From an uncultured Enterobacterales bacterium (lineage in GTDB: Bacteria; Myxococcota_A; UBA796; CAZKWG01): a stretch of 64,000 nt of DNA. Below the pieces are notes generated by a model. It ran no database searches, had not been told where the DNA came from, and saw only the letters and a program-made list of their open reading frames with translations. The stretch spans positions 43,866-107,865 of the forward strand of contig CAZTOW010000023.1 of the NCBI GenBank assembly GCA_964615375.1, read 5' to 3'. Numbering within the stretch: the stretch's first letter is position 1; each line of letters begins with the position of its first letter. Below, piece after piece: positions 56,801 through 64,000 of the stretch. The position numbers and the translations under genes were made by a program.

Positions 56801-58765
56801 CTACATCGGCTGCGTCGCCGTCGCGCTCTTCGCCGCGGGGACGGGCTCCACCGGCCGCTCCAGCACGCCGTCCAGCACCCGCAGCACCGCCTTGTAGCTC
56901 CCGAAGGGCGGGTAGACGTAGGTGCCGTTGATGCGCGGGTGCCGCATGACCTCCAACAGGGTCTCGCGCGCGACCTGGATCCCGACCTCGCGCTGGCCGT
57001 CCTTGGTGGTAGGGGCCTTGATCGCGCGCAGCACGGCGTCGGGGATCTGCATCCCGGGCACCTCGTTGTGCAGGAACTCGGCGTTGCGGGCGGAGACCAG
57101 CGGCATGATGCCGACCAGGAAGGGCACGCGCTTGCAGCTCTGAGTCTTCTCCAGGAAGCGATAGAGCAGGTCCTGATCGAAGACGGGCTGGCTGAAGAAG
57201 AATTCCGCCCCTGCTTCTACCTTGCGGGCGAAGCGCTCAGCCTCCAGGTCCATGTCCACCGCGCCCGGGTTGCAGCCGGCGCCCACGAAGAGGGCCGTCT
57301 GGCCGCCGATGGGCCGACCGGAGAAGTCCAGGCCCCGGTTGAGCTGCTGGATGAAGTGGATGAGGCCGATGGAGTCGATGTCGAAGACCGCCGTGGCGTT
57401 GGGGTAGGTCCCCATCTTGGGCGGGTCGCCCGTGACGGCCAGGATGTTGCGCAGGCCCGTCGCGTGGCTGCCGATGAGGTCCATCTGCATGCCCAGCAGG
57501 TTGCGGTCCCGGCAGCAGTAGTGGACCACGGTCTCCATGTCGGGCGTGCGGCGGCGCACGAGGTGGGAGAGGGCGGACGGCCCCATGCGGGCCACGGCGC
57601 GCGGGCCGTCGGCGATGTTGACCACGTCCACCCCGGCGCGGTGGAGCATGGCGGCGCCCTCCACGGCGTGCCCGGGGTCGATGCCGCGGGGCGGGTCGAG
57701 CTCGACGGACACGCAGAACTTCCCGCTGTAGAGCCGCTTCGCCAGCTCGCTCCGCTGCTCCACCGGCACCGGCGGGAGCTCCTCCTCGCAGCGCTCCGGC
57801 TTCTTGCGAGCGCTGGCGCTCACGAAGACCCGGCTGGGGATGCCCGGCGAGATCGACCGCAGGAAGGTCCGCATCTCCTTGATCATCGCCGGGGTCGTGC
57901 CGCAGCAGCCGCCCACCACCCGCGCCCCGCTCTGGGCGAGCCGGCGGGCGTACTCCGCCATGTACTCGGCGTTGGCCAGGTAGAGCGTGCGGCCCTCCAC
58001 CGTCTGGGGGAGCCCGGCGTTGGGCATGGCCACCAGCGGCGCCTGCGAGACCTTGGCCATGCGGGCCAGGATGTCCAGGATGCCCCGCGGCCCGTTGGCG
58101 CAGTTGGTCCCGATGACGTCCACCTTCCAGGAGCCCATGGTGGAGGCCGCCTGCTCCGGGCTCGGGCCCTCGAGCTGCGTCTGATCCGGCCCGGTCATCG
58201 GGAAGCTCATGCAGGCCACGATGGGCAGGTCCGAGATCGAGCGCACCGCGCGCACCGCCTGCCACAGCTCGCCGATCTGTGAGAACGTCTCCAGCACGAA
58301 GAGATCGGCGCCCGCCTCGGCCAGCACGGTCGCCTGCTCGCGGAAGGTCGCGTAGGCCTCGCCCGGGGTCAGCTTGCCCACCGGCCCCAGCGCCGCCCCC
58401 AGCGGCCCCATGCTCGCCGCCACCCAGGCCTGGCCCTCCGCCGCCTCCTTCGCCAGCCGCACCCCGGCCGCGTTGATGTCGTCGTGCCGGTCGGCCAGCC
58501 CGAAGGGCGCGAGGCGCAGCCGGTTGGCCCCGAAGGTGTTGGTGGTGATGACGTCGGCGCCCGCGGCCAGGTAGCTCTGGTGGATCTCGGTGACGATGTC
58601 GGGGTTGGTGAGGTTGACCTCGTCGTAGGAGCGGTTGATGAACACGCCCCGGGCGTAGATCTCGGTCCCCATCGCGCCGTCGAAGAGAATTGTCCGCTCG
58701 GTCAGCGCTTCACGAAAGGGCTGCACGTCGCCTCCATCCGAATAGAAATACCGCAGGCCGGGCAC
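56801..58765 (-). CDS. Bifunctional homocysteine S-methyltransferase domain / 5,10-methylenetetrahydrofolate reductase (YitJ-type)
   Basis: N-terminal Hcy-binding domain (ILFDGAMGTE, TNTFGAN, GGCCGTTP zinc-Cys motif) fused to a MetF-like C-terminal half (SVELDPPRG, LAVTGDPP). Confidence 0.9.
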   Translation of the reverse strand: MPGLRYFYSDGGDVQPFREALTERTILFDGAMGTEIYARGVFINRSYDEVNLTNPDIVTEIHQSYLAAGADVITTNTFGANRLRLAPFGLADRHDDINAAGVRLAKEAAEGQAWVAASMGPLGAALGPVGKLTPGEAYATFREQATVLAEAGADLFVLETFSQIGELWQAVRAVRSISDLPIVACMSFPMTGPDQTQLEGPSPEQAASTMGSWKVDVIGTNCANGPRGILDILARMAKVSQAPLVAMPNAGLPQTVEGRTLYLANAEYMAEYARRLAQSGARVVGGCCGTTPAMIKEMRTFLRSISPGIPSRVFVSASARKKPERCEEELPPVPVEQRSELAKRLYSGKFCVSVELDPPRGIDPGHAVEGAAMLHRAGVDVVNIADGPRAVARMGPSALSHLVRRRTPDMETVVHYCCRDRNLLGMQMDLIGSHATGLRNILAVTGDPPKMGTYPNATAVFDIDSIGLIHFIQQLNRGLDFSGRPIGGQTALFVGAGCNPGAVDMDLEAERFARKVEAGAEFFFSQPVFDQDLLYRFLEKTQSCKRVPFLVGIMPLVSARNAEFLHNEVPGMQIPDAVLRAIKAPTTKDGQREVGIQVARETLLEVMRHPRINGTYVYPPFGSYKAVLRVLDGVLERPVEPVPAAKSATATQPM

Positions 58766-58846
58766 CGTGGTCTATGGCAGGGGTGGGTCCGAGACAGAAA
58801 ACGACGATGGGTCGCTTCGGTGACAGCGGGGTTAAGGAGGGGGCTC

Positions 58847-59653
58847 ATGCCCCACACCCGCTCCTCTCCCAGCCTCGCCTACGCGCTCAGCGGCCCCGCC
58901 GACGCGCCCGCCGTCGTGCTCATCGGCGGGCTCGGCAGCGCGCAGGCCGCCTGGATGCTGCAGGTCCGCGCCCTCGCCCCCCAGCTCCGCGTGCTCACCT
59001 ACGATCACCGCGGAACCGGCGACTCCGAGCTCTGGGACGAGCCCGCCACCATGCTGGACTTCGCCGGAGACCTGCTGCGCCTGATGGACGAGCTCGAGCT
59101 CTCCCGGGCGAGCCTCGTGGGGCTGTCCTTCGGGGGGCGCGTGGCGATGACCGCGGCGCTGGAGCGGCCCGAGCGCGTGGACCGCCTGGTCCTGGGCGGG
59201 ACCTCCTGCGGCGGCTACCAGGACGGCGAGGTCTCCGGCAGCATCGACGATCTGCGCGCCGCGCCGCTGACCGACCCCGAGGCCGAGCAGGCCCGCTGGG
59301 AGCAGCACATCCTGCCCGCCCTCTTCGGCCGCTCCTACCGTGAGCGCTACCCCGAGCGGGTCCGCAACCTGGCCCGCTGGCGCGCCCGCCGCCCCACCGA
59401 CGCCCGCGGCCTGGCTCGGCAGTGGGAGGCGCTGCAGGGCTTCGACGTCTGCGGGCGGCTGGGCGAGATCGGCGCGCCGACGCTCATCCTCCACGGGGAC
59501 GAGGACGCCCTGGCGCCGCTGGCCAACGCGCGCCGGCTGGCGGCCGGCATCCCCGGGGCCCGGCTGGAGATCCTGGCCGGCGTGGGGCACTCGCCCAACG
59601 TCGAGGCGCCCGAGCGCATGAACGCTCTGCTGCTGGAGCACCTGCTGTCGTGA
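58847..59653 (+). CDS. Alpha/beta-fold hydrolase
   Basis: RBS AAGGAGG before ATG 58847. VVLIGGLG, YDHRGTGDS, nucleophile elbow GLSFGG, C-terminal GVGHSPNVE. Confidence 0.85.
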   Translation: MPHTRSSPSLAYALSGPADAPAVVLIGGLGSAQAAWMLQVRALAPQLRVLTYDHRGTGDSELWDEPATMLDFAGDLLRLMDELELSRASLVGLSFGGRVAMTAALERPERVDRLVLGGTSCGGYQDGEVSGSIDDLRAAPLTDPEAEQARWEQHILPALFGRSYRERYPERVRNLARWRARRPTDARGLARQWEALQGFDVCGRLGEIGAPTLILHGDEDALAPLANARRLAAGIPGARLEILAGVGHSPNVEAPERMNALLLEHLLS

Positions 59654-60240
59654 GCAGAACCCTGTTCGTCGGCGACGTCCACGGCTGCGCGGGCGAGCTC
59701 CGCGCCCTGCTCGCGCTCGCCCGACCCGAGCGCCTCGTCCTGGTGGGCGACCTCTTCACCAAGGGCCCCGACCCGCAGGGGGTGTGGGACATCGTGCGGG
59801 AGTGGAACGCAGACGCCGTGCTGGGCAACCACGACGTCGCCGTGCTGGAGCGCTGGCGGCCCGGCGAGCGCCTGCCGCTGGCGGCCTTCGACTGGCTGGC
59901 GGCCCGGCCGCTGTGGCTCACGGGCCCCGGCTGGCGCTGTGTGCATGCCGGCATCAGCCCCGTGGGCCTGGAGGCGACCCGCCGGGACGAGCTGCTGAAC
60001 CTCCGCCGCTGGCCGGACGGGGGGGAGGGCTCCAAGAACCCCTTCTGGTGGGAGCTGGTCCGGGGGCCGCCGCTGACGATCTACGGCCACGACGCGCGGC
60101 GGGGGCTGAACGATCGTCGGCCGCACACGCTGGGTCTGGACAGCGGCTGCGTGTACGGGGGGCGTCTTACAGGGTATATGTTAGAAGAGGGTCGGGTGCT
60201 GTCGGTGCCGGCGGAGCGGGTGTGGAAGGCGGTGGGGTGA
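59650..60240 (+). CDS. Metallophosphoesterase, ApaH/PrpE-like (diadenosine tetraphosphatase / Ser-Thr phosphatase family)
   Basis: GTG 59650 overlaps the upstream stop (GTGA). FVGDVHGC, LVGDLFTKGP, GNHD, VHAG, IYGHD motifs. Confidence 0.8.
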   Translation: MSRTLFVGDVHGCAGELRALLALARPERLVLVGDLFTKGPDPQGVWDIVREWNADAVLGNHDVAVLERWRPGERLPLAAFDWLAARPLWLTGPGWRCVHAGISPVGLEATRRDELLNLRRWPDGGEGSKNPFWWELVRGPPLTIYGHDARRGLNDRRPHTLGLDSGCVYGGRLTGYMLEEGRVLSVPAERVWKAVG

Positions 60241-60808
60241 GGCCCTCCGGCTCGTCCTCCTGGCGGGCTCCCGGGCCCTGACCCACCCACTCCAGCCCCA
60301 CTCCCAAGGCCGCGTCCACGGTGGTGGACCCGCCCGTCACCAGGCTGGCGCCCAGGGAGGCTCGCCCGCTCAGCCACAGCGGGCCCACGCGCCCGCGCAG
60401 GGCGGCCTCGAGGTGCAGCGGCGCGCGCAGCACCCGCTGGGGCGCGACCTCGAAGGCCAGCGGGACCAGGGCGCGGCCCTCCAGGCCCACACGATCACCC
60501 TCTCGGCGGGCGCGCAGGCCGGCGGTGGCGCTCAGCGTCAGGGCGGGGTCCATCCAGGGCAGCAGCAGTCCGCCGGCCAGCAGGGCCTCGCCCTTCCATC
60601 GACCGGCGGGCTCGCCCAGCGGCAGGTCCCGACCGAGCTGAAGCTCTGGGCTCCAGCCGGCGGGGTGGGCGGCGAGGCCCAGCCGCCAGGTCTCGGACAG
60701 CGGCGCCGCGACCGAGAGGGCTTCCTGGCCGAGGTCCAAGGTCAGGCCCTGGCCGCGCAGGGCGGGGACCTCGGCCAGCGCGACGGAGAGGGCGAGCAGG
60801 CCCAGCAT
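60167..60808 (-). CDS. Exported hypothetical protein (possible small beta-barrel) with a Pro-rich C-terminus
   Basis: Signal-like MLGLLALSVALAEV. Start overlaps the upstream stop (TGATG). The 3' end overlaps the convergent gene by 74 nt, which lowers confidence. Confidence 0.45.
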   Translation of the reverse strand: MLGLLALSVALAEVPALRGQGLTLDLGQEALSVAAPLSETWRLGLAAHPAGWSPELQLGRDLPLGEPAGRWKGEALLAGGLLLPWMDPALTLSATAGLRARREGDRVGLEGRALVPLAFEVAPQRVLRAPLHLEAALRGRVGPLWLSGRASLGASLVTGGSTTVDAALGVGLEWVGQGPGARQEDEPEGLTPPPSTPAPPAPTAPDPLLTYTL

Positions 60809-61692
60809 CAGCGCAGCTCCACGCCGTCGAATTCGCCCACCTCCAGGCGCGCGGCGGCCGTCGGGTCGTCGCGGAGGCTGGCGTCCAGGAAGGTGTCCAG
60901 CACGTCGAGCGCGGAGCTCCGCACGTCCTCGAGCTCGCCCAGGACCTCGCCGTCCGAGCTCAGCTCGCGCTCGGTGGCCTCGTCGGTCCAGGCGTAGTGG
61001 TTCATACCCTCGACCACGCCCAGCCAGAAGGGCTCCTCGAAGCCGGTGATCTGGGCCTCAATGGTCTCGATGGGGGCCCTCGGGTCGGCGCCGCCGGCCA
61101 GCGCCAGGGCCGGGCTGCCCGCGCGCGCGGCGACGTCGGCGGAGGCCGCGGGGTAGCCGGCCAGCATCGCCAGCGCGCCCAGCTCCTCGTGGTCGGCCCA
61201 CAGCCCGGCCGAGACCACCGCGCCCAGCGAGTGACCCGCCACGCCAGCGGGCCCGTCGGGCGCGATCACCCCCTTCAGCGTGCCGGCCTCCTGGGCAAGC
61301 TCCCGCAGCCGATCCCAGACCCATATGCCGTCGTCCGGCTGGAAGAAGGCCAGGTCTCGGGGGTGATCCGCCAGCACGCCGACGTAGCCGCGGGTGGCGA
61401 GGTGGGCCAGCAGCCAGCCGTAGCGCTCCGCGTCCACCGCGCCCCCCTGCACGAAGATCAGCGTCGGGGCGGGCAGCGCCTCGGGCGCGGGCCAGCCCTG
61501 CTCGTCGGAGGGGAAGTAGATCCTGGCCGGCACGACGTCCGTGGCGCGGGCCAGCACGCTCAGCTCCACCGAGGCGGCGCCGTAGGGCCCGTCCAGGCCC
61601 AGCGCCCCGTCACGGCCCGGGTCGGGCGCGGTCCACAGCTGGCCAGCCTCGGTGGGGCCGGTCTGGCAGGCGAGCAGGAGCAGCGGCAGCAT
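60808..61692 (-). CDS. Lipoprotein alpha/beta hydrolase (chlorophyllase / PAF-acetylhydrolase-like)
   Basis: Lipobox MLPLLLLAC. LIFVQGG, nucleophile elbow GHSLGA, C-terminal MNHYAW. Confidence 0.8.
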   Translation of the reverse strand: MLPLLLLACQTGPTEAGQLWTAPDPGRDGALGLDGPYGAASVELSVLARATDVVPARIYFPSDEQGWPAPEALPAPTLIFVQGGAVDAERYGWLLAHLATRGYVGVLADHPRDLAFFQPDDGIWVWDRLRELAQEAGTLKGVIAPDGPAGVAGHSLGAVVSAGLWADHEELGALAMLAGYPAASADVAARAGSPALALAGGADPRAPIETIEAQITGFEEPFWLGVVEGMNHYAWTDEATERELSSDGEVLGELEDVRSSALDVLDTFLDASLRDDPTAAARLEVGEFDGVELR

Positions 61693-61726
61693 GGGGAGCT
61701 CTAACCTGGGAGAGCGGCCATGCGCG

Positions 61727-62482
61727 TCAGGGGCTCGTCCTCACGCAGTCTGGCAGCTCCCGATACACGAGGTCGTCCCGCCACCCGTACTTCGGCACCT
61801 CCTCGCGGGTGAATCCGGTCCACTCCGCGACGCCGCCGAAGGGCCCCAGCAGCGGGGCGCTGAGCCCCCGCCGCTCCCACATCTCCACGATCCAGCGCCG
61901 ATCGACCCCAGGGTCCGCGGCCTCCGCGTAGAGCTGAATCGTCCCGGGCCCGCGCTTCAGCTCCATGTCCAGGCTGCTCTTCGAGTGGATCCGGTCCTCT
62001 GTGAGCGACGCGGGCTGCGCGCGGAGGTTGGCCCCGATGTCCATGGAACGGCAGGACTCCACCTCCAGCACCACGCTGTAGGCCGGGTGCCCCATCTGCT
62101 CCGTCGCCGAGACCTGACAGGAGCGCACCTCCAGGCAGTCGGCGAAGCGCTGATCCTCGAGCCGGTCCCAGCGCTCCTCCAGCGTGGGCCAGGCCAGCGG
62201 GGTGCCGACGGCCAGCGGCAAGGAGACCAGGTGGACGCCCAGGACCGTCCACCCGCCCGCCCCCGGGCGGAGCCGGCGGATCACCACGAGGGCCAGCGTG
62301 CTGATGAGCGCGTTCAGCAGCGCCACGCCCACCGCGAGGAAGGCCGCCCCGACCGCCAGCATCGCGCCGATGGAGGTCCCCGGATCGCTCATCAGCCAGA
62401 GCGCCAACACGGTCGCGGCGCCGAGGGAGAGCCCGCAGACCCAGCGGTGAACGCGCCAGAAGCCGGAGCCCTCCGCGCTCAC
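61727..62482 (-). CDS. Hypothetical membrane protein (3-4 TM helices plus a soluble C-terminal domain)
   Basis: GTG 62482 overlaps the GNAT stop (GTGA). Hydrophobic helices LSLGAATVLALWL, AMLAVGAAFLAVGVALLNALISTLALVVI, VLGVHLVSLPLAV. The upstream part of the track ORF is Arg/Gly shadow. Confidence 0.6.
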   Translation of the reverse strand: MSAEGSGFWRVHRWVCGLSLGAATVLALWLMSDPGTSIGAMLAVGAAFLAVGVALLNALISTLALVVIRRLRPGAGGWTVLGVHLVSLPLAVGTPLAWPTLEERWDRLEDQRFADCLEVRSCQVSATEQMGHPAYSVVLEVESCRSMDIGANLRAQPASLTEDRIHSKSSLDMELKRGPGTIQLYAEAADPGVDRRWIVEMWERRGLSAPLLGPFGGVAEWTGFTREEVPKYGWRDDLVYRELPDCVRTSP

Positions 62483-62970
62483 GAGCCCTCGCCCACGTCG
62501 CTCCGCCGGAGCCTCAGCTTGATCGGCTGGTAGCTGAGCGCCTCGTAGAAGGCGAGCGCGCTCGGGTTGGCCGCCCGCACCTCGAGCTCGACGTCGGACA
62601 GACCGCGCTCCCTGGCCACGCCCTGGACGTGCTCCATGAGCGCCCGGCCCACCCCCTGGCGGCGCTCGGAGACCCCGAGCTGATCGACCAGGAGGAAGCT
62701 GCGGGCGCGGGTGAAGGCGTTGGCCTCGCGCCGGACCTCGTTGAAGATCAGGTAGCCCACGGCCCGGCCGCCGCGCTCGGCGATCAGGATCTCGTGGGTC
62801 GACATCACCTTCTGCATCCACGCGGCGACGGCCTCGGGGTCGGGCTCGCGGTAGATCTCCGGCTCCGCGTCGATGTGGTGCTGCTGGACGTCGGCGTTCA
62901 GCCTCACGAGCTCAGGGATGTCGGCCACGGTAGCGACGCGGATGACCAGACCGGGGGGGGCGGTGGACAT
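62479..62970 (-). CDS. GNAT-family N-acetyltransferase
   Basis: Acetyl-CoA binding motif RRQGVGRALMEHV and overall length (163 aa) with the beta4-alpha3 pattern typical of GNATs. Confidence 0.9.
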   Translation of the reverse strand: MSTAPPGLVIRVATVADIPELVRLNADVQQHHIDAEPEIYREPDPEAVAAWMQKVMSTHEILIAERGGRAVGYLIFNEVRREANAFTRARSFLLVDQLGVSERRQGVGRALMEHVQGVARERGLSDVELEVRAANPSALAFYEALSYQPIKLRLRRSDVGEGS

Positions 62971-62979
62971 GCGCTCTGC

Positions 62980-64000
62980 CTACTCCGCGGAGGCCTCTCG
63001 CACCACCACCTTGTCCATCTTCTCCCCCACCTCTCTCGGCCGGTACATCTCCCAGGCCGCGCGCCCCGGTCCGGCGTCCCCACAGGGGCTCGGGTCGCCC
63101 CAGGGGGCGAAGACGGTGATGTCGGGGTCCACGTAGACGGGTCTGCCCAGCAGGGCCGTGAGCCGGCGGAGCAGGACGCCCGTGTGCTCGGTGGCGGCGC
63201 TGTCGATGCGCGTGCTCCCGCCGCTCAGGTAGAGCCGGTGCTGCACCACGACGTAGCGGTAGCCCAGCGCGTGGATCGCCTCGCTGTCCGCGGCCTCGAT
63301 GCTGCCTTCGGCGCGCGGGTTCTTCCCCAGCGCCAGCAGCAGGGACAGGAAGCGGTTGTCGGCGATGAGCGCCCGCTGCTCGGCCGGCGTGAACACCGGG
63401 TTGTCCTCGACCATGCCGCCGAGGATGGGGCGGCCGTGGGCGGTCTGGTAGTAGAGGTGCGACTGCGACTTGCTGTAGGGGAGCTCGATGAGCGCGCCGG
63501 GCTCGCCCTCGGCCAGGCAGCGGTAACCGGGGGGGATGGTGGCGTCCCAGGTGGGGAAGGGGGCGTAGCCCTCCCGGCGCAGCTCAAAACCAAAAATGCC
63601 TAGTGAAAAAACGCCCACCACCACCCCGGCGAGCGCCCCGCGGCGCCGCGTGACCTCCCCGATGCCCGCCGCCGCCAGCACGCCGATGAGCAGGGCCGCC
63701 AGCGCGATGGCCCGCCCCGGCCACCACAGCCGCCGCATGAAGGGCACCAGCTTGACCGCGAGCACGTAGAGCGGGTTGGGGAGCGCGCCGTCGCCCAGCC
63801 AGATGACGTGGCCGAAGGCGAGGATCATCGCGGCGCCCAGCATGGAGCCCAGCACCCAGCGGTGGCGGCTGAGCGCGAGGCCCAGCGCCGCCAGCCCCAC
63901 CTGCGCCAGCGTGAGCACCACCCCGGCCGGCGAGAAGATCTCGGTGCCGTCGGGCCGGTCGGTCAGGAAGCCGTTGGCCAGCAGCAGCGGCTGGAAGAGG
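62980..64000 (-). CDS. Polytopic membrane protein with a C-terminal periplasmic domain; N-terminus lies beyond the window end
   Basis: The frame stays open upstream of the track start (…LFQPLLLANGFLTDRPDGTEIFSPAGVVLTLAQ…) to nt 64000. Several TM helices followed by a soluble ~190-aa region. Possibly GT-C/YfhO-like, but not assigned. Confidence 0.65.
   Translation of the reverse strand, partial: LFQPLLLANGFLTDRPDGTEIFSPAGVVLTLAQVGLAALGLALSRHRWVLGSMLGAAMILAFGHVIWLGDGALPNPLYVLAVKLVPFMRRLWWPGRAIALAALLIGVLAAAGIGEVTRRRGALAGVVVGVFSLGIFGFELRREGYAPFPTWDATIPPGYRCLAEGEPGALIELPYSKSQSHLYYQTAHGRPILGGMVEDNPVFTPAEQRALIADNRFLSLLLALGKNPRAEGSIEAADSEAIHALGYRYVVVQHRLYLSGGSTRIDSAATEHTGVLLRRLTALLGRPVYVDPDITVFAPWGDPSPCGDAGPGRAAWEMYRPREVGEKMDKVVVREASAE

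Noticed and set aside
54953-58282. 1,109-aa plus-strand ORF
   Set aside because: Antisense shadow of the hybrid histidine kinase and the homocysteine-MT/MetF fusion genes.

Overview
About 70% GC bacterial chromosomal DNA. It is most consistent with a myxobacterium, possibly a marine Nannocystineae-like lineage. That inference rests on a MYXO-CTERM-type tail, a giant lipoprotein built from Cys-rich DCDD/DNDCDG repeats, and many lipoproteins. I saw no rRNA, tRNA or CRISPR array.

I support about 50 protein genes. Housekeeping and metabolic genes include an M32 carboxypeptidase, ubiE, moaA, mrp, mpg, an RluA-family synthase, an aldehyde dehydrogenase, a beta-ureidopropionase-like amidase, a P450, an SDR, a 2Fe-2S ferredoxin, a homocysteine-MT/MetF fusion and a hybrid histidine kinase. 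These are interspersed with many exported proteins, lipoproteins and outer-membrane-like proteins.

Accessory content is one IS4-family transposase (30.3-31.6 kb), followed by a roughly 1.6 kb lower-GC islet of orphan genes, plus an Rpn-family and a Uma2-family nuclease.

The most interesting locus is an apparent single operon at 34869-45198:
- A cytoplasmic calcineurin-like metallophosphoesterase fused to a P-loop-dead NTPase-like domain.
- Translationally coupled to it (ATGA), a 1,957-aa protein with a signal peptide, more than 20 propeller-blade repeats, one TM helix and a cytoplasmic Walker A/B NTPase.
- A truncated gene relic and an array of divergent, lower-GC, Cys-containing small lipoprotein paralogues. 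These are joined by a roughly 250-bp near-identical direct repeat.

I interpret this, as inference, as a candidate transmembrane STAND-like sensing/effector system with a polymorphic lipoprotein cassette array.

Many long ORFs in the six-frame track are Arg/Pro/Gly/Ala-rich antisense or off-frame shadows typical of high-GC DNA, and I rejected them.
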